In this document: piece by piece, positions 28,054-36,576 of the stretch
How positions within the stretch are numbered: the first letter of the stretch is position 1
Layout of the letters: each line of letters begins with the position of its first letter
Assembly: GCA_050745425.1 (NCBI GenBank)
Contig: JBOGKK010000004.1
Span: 1 to 46,766 of the forward strand
Source of the DNA: Terriglobales bacterium
GTDB taxonomy: Bacteria; Acidobacteriota; Terriglobia; Terriglobales; SCQP01
DNA length: 46,766 nt
Reading direction: 5' to 3'
Program-made: the position numbers and the translations under genes
Notes under the pieces: model-generated
What the model was told of the DNA's origin: nothing
Database searches by the model: none
The model's input: only the letters and a program-made list of their open reading frames with translations

Positions 28054-28797
28054 GTGGCCGCGGTCAGCGGGGGCTCGCGCGGCATTGGCGCGGCGACGGT
28101 GAGACTGCTGGCCGAGGCCGGGGCGCGCGTGGTGTTCAGCTATCGGACCGACAAGGCGGCAGCCGAGGCGGTGGTGGCCCGCGCACCGGAGCGGATTGTG
28201 GCTGTCAGCGGCGACGTACGCGATTCGGGAGCGGGTCAAGCGCTGATTGCAGCCGCAACCGAACGGTTCGGGCGGATGGATATTGCCGTGGCCAACGCGG
28301 GGATCTGGAACGCCGAGGACGTGGCGATCGAGAAACTCGCGCCGGAGGCGTGGGACAACGGCATCGGAATCAACCTGAGCGGCGTATTTCACCTGGCGCG
28401 AGCGGCAGTGCGGCAAATGAAGACGCAGGCACGGGAGGGGGACGCGCCGCGAGGACGGATTGTGGCCATTGCCTCCACGGCCGGACAGCGGGGTGAAGCC
28501 TGGCACGCCGATTACGGGGCGGCGAAGGCGGGCGTGATCGGCCTTGTACGCGGACTGGCGGCCGAAGTCGCACGCGAGGGGATCGTCGTCAACTGCGTGG
28601 CGCCGGGGTGGGTCAATACCGACATGGCAAAACCGGCCTTCAGCAGCCATCCCGACCGGGTGTTTGGGGCGATCCCGCTGGGGCGAGTGGGGAAACCGGA
28701 AGAAATCGCCGGCTGCATTGCCTTTCTCTGTTCCCCCTGGGCGAACTTCATGACGGGTTCAATTGTCAGCGTAAACGGCGGAGCAGTGTTAGCCTGA
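28054..28797 (+). CDS. SDR family oxidoreductase (FabG-like)
   Basis: SGGSRGIG cofactor motif, NAG and the catalytic YGAAKAG (YxxxK). The GTG at 28054 has a GAGGG SD 4-5 nt upstream. The longer ATG at 27991 would add AT-rich rare codons (TTT ATA AAT TTA), so the start is uncertain. Confidence 0.88.
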   Translation: MAAVSGGSRGIGAATVRLLAEAGARVVFSYRTDKAAAEAVVARAPERIVAVSGDVRDSGAGQALIAAATERFGRMDIAVANAGIWNAEDVAIEKLAPEAWDNGIGINLSGVFHLARAAVRQMKTQAREGDAPRGRIVAIASTAGQRGEAWHADYGAAKAGVIGLVRGLAAEVAREGIVVNCVAPGWVNTDMAKPAFSSHPDRVFGAIPLGRVGKPEEIAGCIAFLCSPWANFMTGSIVSVNGGAVLA

Positions 28798-28809
28798 GAG
28801 CTTCACACC

Positions 28810-30372
28810 ATGTCTTCTTCGCAGCTTTGGCGCACAAAATCGATTGATAAGCTGATTGCGGACTCGGAAGATCCGTCGCATCGGCTGAAAAAGACGCTGG
28901 GGCCGTGGAGCCTGGTGGCGCTGGGCATTGGCGCCATCGTGGGGTCGGGCATTTTTGTGCTGACGGGCACGGCGGCAGCGGGGGAAAATTTCAAGGCACC
29001 GTCGATCCTGCACGCGCAGGTGCTCGACATCATCACCAGCCTGCTGCAACACGGCAATCTCTCGCATGCCATGATGCACGGGCGACCGGCGGCGGGGCCC
29101 TCGATCGCGATTTCGTTCATGCTGGTGGCGGTGGTGTGCAGCTTTGCGGGGCTGTGCTACGCCGAGCTGGCCTCGATGATTCCGATTGCGGGGTCGGCAT
29201 ATACCTATTCGTACGCGACGCTGGGCGAGCTGATCGCGTGGATCATTGGCTGGGATTTGATTCTGGAGTACGCGGTCAGCAACGTGGCGGTGGCGGTCGG
29301 GTTTTCCGGCTACCTGAGCAGCCTGCTCGGCGCCATGGGCATACCCCTGCCCATGAAGTTATCCGAACCGATCTGGCAAAATGGCGTGCGCACGGGGGCG
29401 TGGTTCAATCTGCCGGGTTTTCTGGTGGTGATGTTCCTGACGGTGCTGCTGGTGCGCGGGATTCGGGAATCGGCCGAGACCAACAACATCATGGTGGTGG
29501 TCAAGCTCGCGGCGATTTTGATCTTCATCGCCGCGGGCGGGATGATGATACACCCGGCGAACTGGCATCCGTTTGCACCGCATGGATTCGCGGGCATTAT
29601 CACCGGCGGGGCGATCGTCTTTTTTACTTACATCGGGTTCGATTCGGTCTCGACCGCATCGGAAGAGGCCATCAACCCGCAGCGGGATATTCCGTTTGGC
29701 ATCATCGGCTCGCTGATTGTGTGCGCCGTCCTCTATGTTGGTGTCGCCGTCGTGCTGTTGGGCATGATGAAGTACAGCACGTTCCTGAGCGGCGCGGCGG
29801 CCAATGCGCCTGTCTCGTATGCGCTGCGGACGCTCAAGGCCAACCCGTGGGTGTTGTATGCAGTGGACATTGGCGCGCTGATGGGGATGCTGTCGTCGCT
29901 GCTGGTGTTTCAGTACGGGCAGACGCGCATCTGGTTTGCGATGTCGCGCGACGGGCTGCTGCCACCGGTATTCTCGAAGGTTCATCCGAAATATCAGACG
30001 CCGTACGCGTCGAGCTGGATTGCGGGGCTGGCGGTCGGCATCCCGGCCGGGCTGGTAGACATTGGGGCGGCGGCGGATCTGAGCAATATCGGAACGCTGT
30101 TTGCTTTTGTGCTGGTGGCGCTGGGGGTACTGGTGCTGCGCAAGCAGCAGCCGGACCGGCCGCGCGGGTTCCGGGTGCCGTTCGTGCCGCTGTTTCCGAT
30201 TCTAGCGGTGGTGTTTTGCGGGGTTCTGATGCTGGCGCTGCCGGTGGAAACCTGGGTACGGTTTATCGGGTGGATGATCGTCGGCCTGATCGTTTACTAC
30301 TGCTATGGCCGCAAGCACAGCGAGTTTCATCAAAACCGCGTGGGCGGCCACAGCCTGAGTGCGGGCCGTTAG
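28810..30372 (+). CDS. APC superfamily amino acid permease (cationic amino acid transporter-like)
   Basis: 520 aa with about 12-14 TMs. N-terminal LGPWSLVALGIGAIVGSGIFVLTG is the APC/CAT signature. Confidence 0.92.
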   Translation: MSSSQLWRTKSIDKLIADSEDPSHRLKKTLGPWSLVALGIGAIVGSGIFVLTGTAAAGENFKAPSILHAQVLDIITSLLQHGNLSHAMMHGRPAAGPSIAISFMLVAVVCSFAGLCYAELASMIPIAGSAYTYSYATLGELIAWIIGWDLILEYAVSNVAVAVGFSGYLSSLLGAMGIPLPMKLSEPIWQNGVRTGAWFNLPGFLVVMFLTVLLVRGIRESAETNNIMVVVKLAAILIFIAAGGMMIHPANWHPFAPHGFAGIITGGAIVFFTYIGFDSVSTASEEAINPQRDIPFGIIGSLIVCAVLYVGVAVVLLGMMKYSTFLSGAAANAPVSYALRTLKANPWVLYAVDIGALMGMLSSLLVFQYGQTRIWFAMSRDGLLPPVFSKVHPKYQTPYASSWIAGLAVGIPAGLVDIGAAADLSNIGTLFAFVLVALGVLVLRKQQPDRPRGFRVPFVPLFPILAVVFCGVLMLALPVETWVRFIGWMIVGLIVYYCYGRKHSEFHQNRVGGHSLSAGR

Positions 30373-30405
30373 CGCGGGTCGAAAGGGATGGTCTAGAGTG
30401 AGCTT

Positions 30406-30768
30406 ATGGCAGACAGCGGGCTTCAAACCAGCTTCCAATATCTTCTAATCGTGCTTGGGTTGATCGTGGTCGTCCTTGCGGTGTGGATGGCGCGCGAGCA
30501 CCTGGTATGGATTGCCATCCCGGATGGGATTTTCGGCGTCGGCGTCGCCTGGCTTTCCTGGACCGACATGAGCGAGCGCAGCGCGCATCATGCGGTGCCC
30601 GCAGTGGAGAGCGGACCGGCGATCGCCATCCCCGCGCCACCATCGCCGGCGCCAGCAGCGGCCGTGGAAATGCACCACGAGGAGGCTGCGCCGGCGCCGG
30701 GTGCGGCACCACCGGCTGCGGCCGGGGAGCCGCGTCCTGGCAAGAAGAAAAAGAAGCGCCGGCGGTAG
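30406..30768 (+). CDS. small membrane protein with Pro/Ala-rich tail and polybasic C-terminus
   Basis: Two predicted TM helices (YLLIVLGLIVVVLAVW, IFGVGVAWLSW), then a P/A-rich region ending GKKKKKRRR. No recognisable family. Confidence 0.5.
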   Translation: MADSGLQTSFQYLLIVLGLIVVVLAVWMAREHLVWIAIPDGIFGVGVAWLSWTDMSERSAHHAVPAVESGPAIAIPAPPSPAPAAAVEMHHEEAAPAPGAAPPAAAGEPRPGKKKKKRRR

Positions 30769-30774
30769 ACTAGT

Positions 30775-32505
30775 CTAAACGTCGAGCCCAATAATGCGCA
30801 TCAGGGCCAGCGCATTGCTTTTTTGCACCACGCCAGGACGCAGTCGATGATCGAAGCTCACGTCATCACCTTCAATCTGATCCTCAAAGTGCATGTTGCG
30901 CACCGTGGCCACGCCCGCTTCGGCAACTGCGGTGAGCGCCAGATCGTGAGTGGTGATCATGCCCAGCGTATTGCGCTCCAGCAATGCGCGCAACAATCCC
31001 CTGGCGCCCAGCACGCGGTCGTGCGAGTTGGTACCCTCCAGCAGTTCATCAAACAGAAACAGGACCGGAAGCGAGCCGCGCGTAAGCTCAAACACCTGAC
31101 GCAGGCGCAAGATTTCCGCATAGAACCCGGAGCGCCCCAACTGCAACGAGTCGGCAGTGCGCAGCCGCGTACCTAACGCCAGCGGGCTGAGGCGCAGGCT
31201 CCGCGCCCGCACCGGCATGCCCATTTGCGCCATCACGGCATTGATGCCCACGGTGCGCATCAAGGTGCTTTTGCCCGACATGTTCGAGCCGGAAATCAGC
31301 AAAACGCGCGTGTTTTCATCGAGTGTGACGGAATTGCGCACACAAGTGGCCCGAGGCAACAAAGGATGGCCCAAGTCCTCGCCTTGAAAAAGCGCGGGCC
31401 CGTTTTCCTCCAACTCCGGAAACGGGTCTTCGGGATGCTCATAGGCGTAGCAGGCCAGCGAAGTCAATGCCTCGAATTGGGCCACCGCGTCCAGCCAACG
31501 GGCCACCTGGGGTCCGTGGCGCCGCCGCCAGGCCTCGGCGGCATAGGCCAGGTGAACGCTGTACAGCAGTGCAAAATCCAGTCCTTTGCCCAGCAGGCTG
31601 TCTTTGGCTTCGATCCAGTCGGCGAGATGGGCCAGTTGCCGCAACGCCGCCACGGCGCCGGGGATGGGCGCGGGCAAGCGCTCGACGACGCCGGCAAACA
31701 GGCTCAACCCGGCGCCATTGGCACCGCGTTGAGCCAACACCGGGTCCAGCTTCGGTCCAAGCTGGAACAAAATGATAATCTCGGCCAGCACCAGTAAAAA
31801 TAAATAGGTAAACTGACCGCTGAAGATGGCGTACACCAGCAAGGCGACGGCGCCGGCTGCAAGCCCGGCATAAACCCAGCGCACCCACAATCGCTTCAGG
31901 CTGGCTGGCGCCTGCGCCCATGCCCGCAGGCGCTCGGGCTTCACGGTTTGGTTCAAGTCCTCGCCGAGGGCGGCGATGGTCTCGCGCAAGTCGATCTGAT
32001 GACGGAGGTCTTCCACTTTGCTCTGGCGCTCGCGCACGACGGCGGGAGAAGCCGGCGCCAGCATCCAGTCCGCCAGGCACTGCTGCCCCATCGAGGTACG
32101 GGCCGTCGAGAGCAGTTCAAACAGCCCGCCGGAGCCAAACAGATCGACGTCAGAGGCGTAGGGGTGCTGGGGATGGCAAAAGCGCTCGCCGGCATCGCCG
32201 GTGCCGCTCCAGCGATCCTCCAGACGCGCGATACCGTGCTCGAAATAGGCCGTCAGGCGCTCGGCACGGCGGCGGGACCTCAGGATGCGATCGTGCCACC
32301 AGAACAGCACCACCAGCAGCAACAGCGGCAACCAGAGCCACGCGCCGGCAAACCAATGGCGAATCAGCGACAGCCAAGCCAGCATGAGCCACGCGGCCAC
32401 CGTGGCCAGCTTGGCCACCCCGAGCCGCAGGTCGAGACGCTGGGTTGAAGCCAACCGCTGGCGCTGATCGGCAAGGCGGCGCTGGTATTCGGCCGAGGCA
32501 GCCAC
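30775..32505 (-). CDS. MutS-related ATPase with membrane-spanning N-terminal half (no Smr or mismatch-binding domain seen)
   Basis: MutS domain V: Walker A LISGSNMSGKSTLMRTVG, Walker B LFLFDELLEGTN, and TTHDL. Domain-III-like DLFGSGGLFELL...T..G. At least four hydrophobic helices. The GTG at 32505 avoids the roughly 330-nt overlap with the upstream GAF gene that the full ORF would have. Confidence 0.82.
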   Translation of the reverse strand: MAASAEYQRRLADQRQRLASTQRLDLRLGVAKLATVAAWLMLAWLSLIRHWFAGAWLWLPLLLLVVLFWWHDRILRSRRRAERLTAYFEHGIARLEDRWSGTGDAGERFCHPQHPYASDVDLFGSGGLFELLSTARTSMGQQCLADWMLAPASPAVVRERQSKVEDLRHQIDLRETIAALGEDLNQTVKPERLRAWAQAPASLKRLWVRWVYAGLAAGAVALLVYAIFSGQFTYLFLLVLAEIIILFQLGPKLDPVLAQRGANGAGLSLFAGVVERLPAPIPGAVAALRQLAHLADWIEAKDSLLGKGLDFALLYSVHLAYAAEAWRRRHGPQVARWLDAVAQFEALTSLACYAYEHPEDPFPELEENGPALFQGEDLGHPLLPRATCVRNSVTLDENTRVLLISGSNMSGKSTLMRTVGINAVMAQMGMPVRARSLRLSPLALGTRLRTADSLQLGRSGFYAEILRLRQVFELTRGSLPVLFLFDELLEGTNSHDRVLGARGLLRALLERNTLGMITTHDLALTAVAEAGVATVRNMHFEDQIEGDDVSFDHRLRPGVVQKSNALALMRIIGLDV

Positions 32506-32518
32506 GGCAGCAGAAGCG

Positions 32519-33097
32519 CTAGCCAGCCACGGCCTCCGGCTGTTCCCAGCGTAGCCGCCGCGGGGCGCGGGTAAGGGCTCCGGCAATGAGCGAGGCGGCG
32601 CGCTCCAAGAGTGCCTGATCGTGCTCATTGAAGGCATTGGGGTGGTCGCTGTCAATGTCGATTTCTCCCAGTACCCGGCTACCATCCATGATGGGGACCA
32701 CGATCTCCGAACGTGTGGCAAGCGAGCACGCCAGATAGCGCTGATCGGCATGGACGTCAGGCACGATAATCGACTCGCGCTGCTGCGCCGCGGCGCCACA
32801 GATGCCTTCGCCCACGGGGATGCGCACGTGCGGGGAGGGCGCGCCGGCAAAGGGCCCCAAGTGCAGCTCGCGGTCCTCGAGCAAATAAATCCCCACCCAG
32901 TGATAGTGCGGCACGCGGGCCTTGAACATGCCCACCAGAGCGCGCATCAGCGCGGCCGCGTCGCGATCTTCCGCCACGCGCTCCAGATCGTCGGAGAGGG
33001 CTTCCACGCGGTCCAGGTCCATAGCGAGAGCAATATGGGGAGCCGAGGGCGAAGCCGAGGCGGAAGAGGCGGAATCCGATGCAGCCATGCCCTTCAT
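32519..33097 (-). CDS. GAF domain protein, free methionine-(R)-sulfoxide reductase (fRMsr/MsrC)-like
   Basis: WVGIYLL, GEGICGAAA and YLACSLATRSEIVVPI match the fRMsr/YebR-type GAF fold, including the conserved cysteines. Ser/Ala-rich N-terminal extension. Confidence 0.85.
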   Translation of the reverse strand: MKGMAASDSASSASASPSAPHIALAMDLDRVEALSDDLERVAEDRDAAALMRALVGMFKARVPHYHWVGIYLLEDRELHLGPFAGAPSPHVRIPVGEGICGAAAQQRESIIVPDVHADQRYLACSLATRSEIVVPIMDGSRVLGEIDIDSDHPNAFNEHDQALLERAASLIAGALTRAPRRLRWEQPEAVAG

Positions 33098-33327
33098 GAT
33101 AAAGCGAAACGAGGCCGGAGGGGCGGCGCCGGTCCATGGCGATAGGGCTAGCCTTATCGGCTAGATTGTGGTAGTCTAGCAATGGCACACGAGCCGCAGT
33201 CCGCTTTTGCCGTGTGCGATTCGAAACCGCCGGACCTTGCCCAAAATCTGGTGTGCAGCGCCGCTGCCAACATAGCACTTCCGCAAGCGCGCTCAGGCGC
33301 CGAGGCTGGTTCCAGGCCTGAAAAACC

Positions 33328-34881
33328 GTGAACGAAGAAAAATTGAAAATTGCAGTCTTTATCGACTTCGACAACATCCAGATCGGCGTGCGCAGCACGC
33401 TCAACCGCGACTTTGACCTCGCGCTGGTGCTGGAAGCGCTCAAGGAGCGCGGTGAAGTCGTCACCAAAATCGCATATGGCAACTGGAAGCGCGCGGGGGA
33501 GCTGACCCGCACGCTGACGCAAAACGCCGTCCTGATGGTGCAGCGCGACCTAACGCCGCGCGGCGACAAGAACGGCGCTGATATCAACCTCGCGCTCGAT
33601 GCGCTGGAAATGGCCATCAACCACTCCCACATCAACGCCTTTGTGATTGTCGGCGGCGACAGCGACTTCATCGCCCTGGTGGAAAAACTCAAGCAATACA
33701 ACAAGGCCGTATTCGTCGTTGGAGGCCGCAGCTTTACATCGAGTGTACTGCAGCGCAATTGCCGCGAATTCCTCGCCTATGAAAACCTGGTCGAAGCCAC
33801 CTCGCCCTCGGAGCGCCGGCGAGATGATGGCGTGCGGCGCCGCGCCGTGTACGCACTCGAGCGCGCCGTGCCGCTGGTGTATCGCGGCCTGAAGGTGCTC
33901 GCCGACCGTGAGGTCCAGCCGCAGCTCGGGCTGCTCAAAAGTACGCTGATCCAGTTGGATTCCACCTTTAACGAACGCGACTACGGCGCCAGCTCGTTCC
34001 GCGCCTTCATGGAGAAGATGGCGGCCGGAGGGCTGCTGAACCTGCGTCAGCAGGGTAACAGCTTTGTGGTCGAGCCGCTGGAGCGCGAGCCGCAGGCGGC
34101 CAGCGAGCTAGTTGGCGAAGGCGAAACCCATCCGGAATCGGCCGAGGACGACGGCGGCGAAGGTTCCGAACCGGGCGGCACACCGGGCGAATACAGCAGC
34201 AGCGAAGCCGCAGCGGTGGCGCCGACACGCCCTCCCGAGGAAGCACTCGATCTACTGCAGCGCATTCTCGCTCCTCTACAAGGCACCAACCCGCGCCCGT
34301 TGTACCTGCGCAATGTGAAGCAGTTACTGCGCACGGAAGAGCCCAATTTCGATGAACAGCAGTTCGGCTTCGGCTCCATCGTCGATCTGCTGCGCGCCGG
34401 CCAGAACCAGAACTGGCTCCGGCTGCAACGTGATCGCCGGGGCGCCTTGCGCGTATTTATTCCCCCGACCGGGAATGCAGCGGGCTCTCCGGGATCGCTG
34501 GCCGCAAGTGCCGCGAGCGACGGCGAAGCGGCGGGCGACGGCACCCCGGACAACGGCAACCGCACGGAGCCGGACTCCGGCGCGCCCGCTGCCGATGACG
34601 ATCGCCAGCCCGGGTTCGATTCCGAGCAGGCTGCCGCCGCAACCGCCATCGAAAGCAATGGTAATGCGGCCGCGGCGCCGGCTCGCCCGGAAGCGATCGA
34701 ACCGGAAGATTCCCAGATCGCGGTGCTTGGCTATTACAGCGGCATCCACGGCGAACAGACCGAAGAGGCGGCACTAAGCCTCGCGGCTGCTGTGGCGGAT
34801 GGTGGCCGTAAGAAGCGCGGCAGCCGCAAACCGAAAGGCGAAGGCGGCGCCGGCCCGCGCCGCCGCAAGCCCAAACGCTGA
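33328..34881 (+). CDS. NYN domain protein with two OST-HTH (LOTUS) domains and a long disordered tail
   Basis: LabA-like NYN block KIAVFIDFDNIQ...GADINLALDA...FVIVGGDSDFIALVEKL. Two OST-HTH-like segments (LGLLKSTLIQLDSTFNERDYGASSFRAFMEK and LRNVKQLLRTEEPNFDEQQFGFGSIVDLL). The tail ends RRRKPKR. GTG start, with an alternative TTG at 33343. Confidence 0.85.
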   Translation: MNEEKLKIAVFIDFDNIQIGVRSTLNRDFDLALVLEALKERGEVVTKIAYGNWKRAGELTRTLTQNAVLMVQRDLTPRGDKNGADINLALDALEMAINHSHINAFVIVGGDSDFIALVEKLKQYNKAVFVVGGRSFTSSVLQRNCREFLAYENLVEATSPSERRRDDGVRRRAVYALERAVPLVYRGLKVLADREVQPQLGLLKSTLIQLDSTFNERDYGASSFRAFMEKMAAGGLLNLRQQGNSFVVEPLEREPQAASELVGEGETHPESAEDDGGEGSEPGGTPGEYSSSEAAAVAPTRPPEEALDLLQRILAPLQGTNPRPLYLRNVKQLLRTEEPNFDEQQFGFGSIVDLLRAGQNQNWLRLQRDRRGALRVFIPPTGNAAGSPGSLAASAASDGEAAGDGTPDNGNRTEPDSGAPAADDDRQPGFDSEQAAAATAIESNGNAAAAPARPEAIEPEDSQIAVLGYYSGIHGEQTEEAALSLAAAVADGGRKKRGSRKPKGEGGAGPRRRKPKR

Positions 34882-34900
34882 GGTGCGCACCAGGGAAAAG

Positions 34901-34941
34901 GAAAGGCCGTCCCGCTGAGCGGGACGGCCTTTCCTTTTTCT
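34901..34941. terminator. bidirectional intrinsic terminator
   Basis: Perfect 16-bp inverted repeat GGAAAGGCCGTCCCGC-TGA-GCGGGACGGCCTTTCC, flanked by an A-run upstream and TTTTTCTT downstream. It lies between the convergent NYN gene and FecR-like gene 1. Confidence 0.8.
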
Positions 34942-34955
34942 TCCCTTCCGGATAC

Positions 34956-35597
34956 TTACAGACCCGAAGGGCTGGGCACGCAGTTATCGCACTTCGTGGC
35001 TTGGTGCACGACAATGCCGGTGACCACGGCAGCAGCGGCAGCGATACCGATAGCGACTGGCACTGCCATTGAGGCACCGCTGGAAGCGGCAGCGGCAGGC
35101 ACAGCCTGCGCATCTGTAAACGAGACAGCGTCGCCGGTGTGGACTGTATAGCTGCGGTGAGCGGACTTCACGGCCACGGTACCGGCAACCGCCTCAACGT
35201 ACACTTTTCCGGAAAGGTCGTAGACATTAAAGCGGGTTCGGCCATTGGCGGGAACAACGGTGTGGGTTTTGAGGGCCACGGGCAACATGCCGGCAACCTT
35301 CACCAGACCGCGGTTCAAACGGATTTCAGAGACGCCTTTGACGTTTTCCATCCGGAAATTAGTGTCAGAAGCGGCGATGAGGGAACCACCGGGCAGCACC
35401 ATGCGGGCGCTCCCAGCGGCACTGGTTGCAACCGTATCCCCGGCGACGATGGCCGAGCCTGCGGCCAGAGGTTGGCCGTTGACAGCCACCTTACCTGCCA
35501 TCGGACTTAGAATTGCACCTGTAGTTGCGAACAGGGGTAGACAGGCAACCGCGGCGGCGAGACCCATTGTTGATAGAAGCGAACGGCGAATATTCAT
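34956..35597 (-). CDS. FecR-domain secreted/anchored protein, paralog 1
   Basis: Signal peptide with Cys (AAAVACLPLF). FecR-like block GKVAVNGQPLAAGSAIVAGDTVATSAAGSARMVLPGGSLIAASDTNFRME. C-terminal hydrophobic helix plus short tail. Strong SD AAGGAGG upstream. Confidence 0.72.
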   Translation of the reverse strand: MNIRRSLLSTMGLAAAVACLPLFATTGAILSPMAGKVAVNGQPLAAGSAIVAGDTVATSAAGSARMVLPGGSLIAASDTNFRMENVKGVSEIRLNRGLVKVAGMLPVALKTHTVVPANGRTRFNVYDLSGKVYVEAVAGTVAVKSAHRSYTVHTGDAVSFTDAQAVPAAAASSGASMAVPVAIGIAAAAAVVTGIVVHQATKCDNCVPSPSGL

Positions 35598-35704
35598 TGA
35601 AACCTCCTTACTTCTCTTATCTTGTGCGGGCAGAAACTACAAGATCACCTTTCTTAGTTCTACCATCTGCTCGCATTGCCAGCAAGGTAAAAGGCGCACA
35701 CACT

Positions 35705-35751
35705 TAACGCAGTTCCAGATTTGGCCGTGCTATAGCTAGTATGAAACTGCT
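35705..35751. repeat. short (internally deleted) copy of the 14192-14303 repeat element
   Basis: TAACGCAGTTCCAGATTTGG matches 39201-39220 at 18 of 20 positions. TGCTATAGCTAGTATGAAACTGCT parallels the right arm TGCTATAGCAAGTCTGATTCTGCT at 14279-14302. The two arms are themselves partly complementary (GCAGTTCC / GAAACTGC). Confidence 0.35.
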
Positions 35752-35857
35752 GGAGGGCCGCAGATCGCTGGTATTGCATTGCCCACCCCTATATGGGGGT
35801 ATGGCGGCAAGCGGTGAGGCGGGACCGCTCGATCCGAGATTGCTGTTTTCGCAGCTC

Positions 35858-36484
35858 TTAGAGGCTGGAGGGAGAGATGACGCTATCTGCCGTCTTTTTC
35901 GCGCGAATGGCGATCACAAGGCCGGCCGCACTGGCGGCCATGCCCGTAAAGAGCAGGATTCTGTTAGTGGTGGGAGACAACCCGGCCGCGGTAGCAGCGG
36001 CATCGCTGAATTCGACGGTTGTGCCAGCCGGAATGGCAGTGGTTCTGGTATCCGACCTCAGCGTCACTTTGCCTGCAATTGCTTCGACATAGACTTTTCC
36101 CGAGATAGCGTAGACCTTGAAGCGGGCATGGGAGGAGGCAGGAACGACGGTACTGCGGTTGAGCGCTACCGGCAAGAGGCCGCTAATCTCGACCAAGCCG
36201 TGGTCAAGTCGGATTTGCGCGGCGCCGTGGACACTCTCCATGCGGAAGGCGGTGTTGGAGGCGGCGAGTAAGGAACCGCTCGGCAGCACCATGCGAGCAC
36301 TCCCACCGGCGCTGGTTGCGACCCGATCTCCAGCAACAACCGCCGAACCTGCAGGAACAGGCTCGCCATTGATGACCACGGTGCCCGCGGTGGGGTTCAG
36401 AATGGCGCCCGTAGTCCCGAACAATGGCAGGCAGGTGACAGCTGCGCCCAGAATGAACGCCAGGAAAGAACGACGAGAGTTCAT
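35858..36484 (-). CDS. FecR-domain secreted/anchored protein, paralog 2
   Basis: Colinear with paralogs 1 and 3 (TCLPLFGTTGAILNPTAGTVVINGEPVPAGSAVVAGDRVATSAGGSARMVLPSGSLLAAS...). C-terminal hydrophobic helix then RAKKTADSVISPSSL. SD GAGGAGG. Confidence 0.72.
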   Translation of the reverse strand: MNSRRSFLAFILGAAVTCLPLFGTTGAILNPTAGTVVINGEPVPAGSAVVAGDRVATSAGGSARMVLPSGSLLAASNTAFRMESVHGAAQIRLDHGLVEISGLLPVALNRSTVVPASSHARFKVYAISGKVYVEAIAGKVTLRSDTRTTAIPAGTTVEFSDAAATAAGLSPTTNRILLFTGMAASAAGLVIAIRAKKTADSVISPSSL

Positions 36485-36527
36485 CGCGACCTCCTCAGTT
36501 GCAGCAAAGACGGAATTACCTCAACGC

Positions 36528-36557
36528 AAAAAAAAGGGCCGCCCCGAGAGGCGGCCC
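36528..36557 (-). terminator. intrinsic terminator of FecR-like paralog 3
   Basis: On the minus strand: GGGCCGCC-TCTCGG-GGCGGCCC followed by TTTTTTTT. It lies 20 nt after the stop codon. Confidence 0.78.
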
Positions 36558-36576
36558 TGAATACGCTACGCCTCAA

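Noticed and set aside
28905-30401. 498-aa alternative-frame ORF on the same strand as the amino acid permease
   Set aside because: It is an out-of-frame overlap of the APC permease. The permease frame has the family signature and TM periodicity, whereas this frame is Gly/Arg-rich.
30766-30777. Perfect 12-bp palindrome TAGACTAGTCTA containing the stop codons of both convergent genes
   Set aside because: It is real in the sequence but short. It is most simply explained by two TAG stops facing each other, with no further structure or repeat around it.
33184-33240. tRNA-like T-loop sequence GATTCGAAACC in the GAF/NYN intergenic region
   Set aside because: The flanking bases do not form a T-stem, and no acceptor, D or anticodon arms can be drawn. 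tRNAscan-SE would be decisive, but by eye it is not a tRNA or tmRNA.
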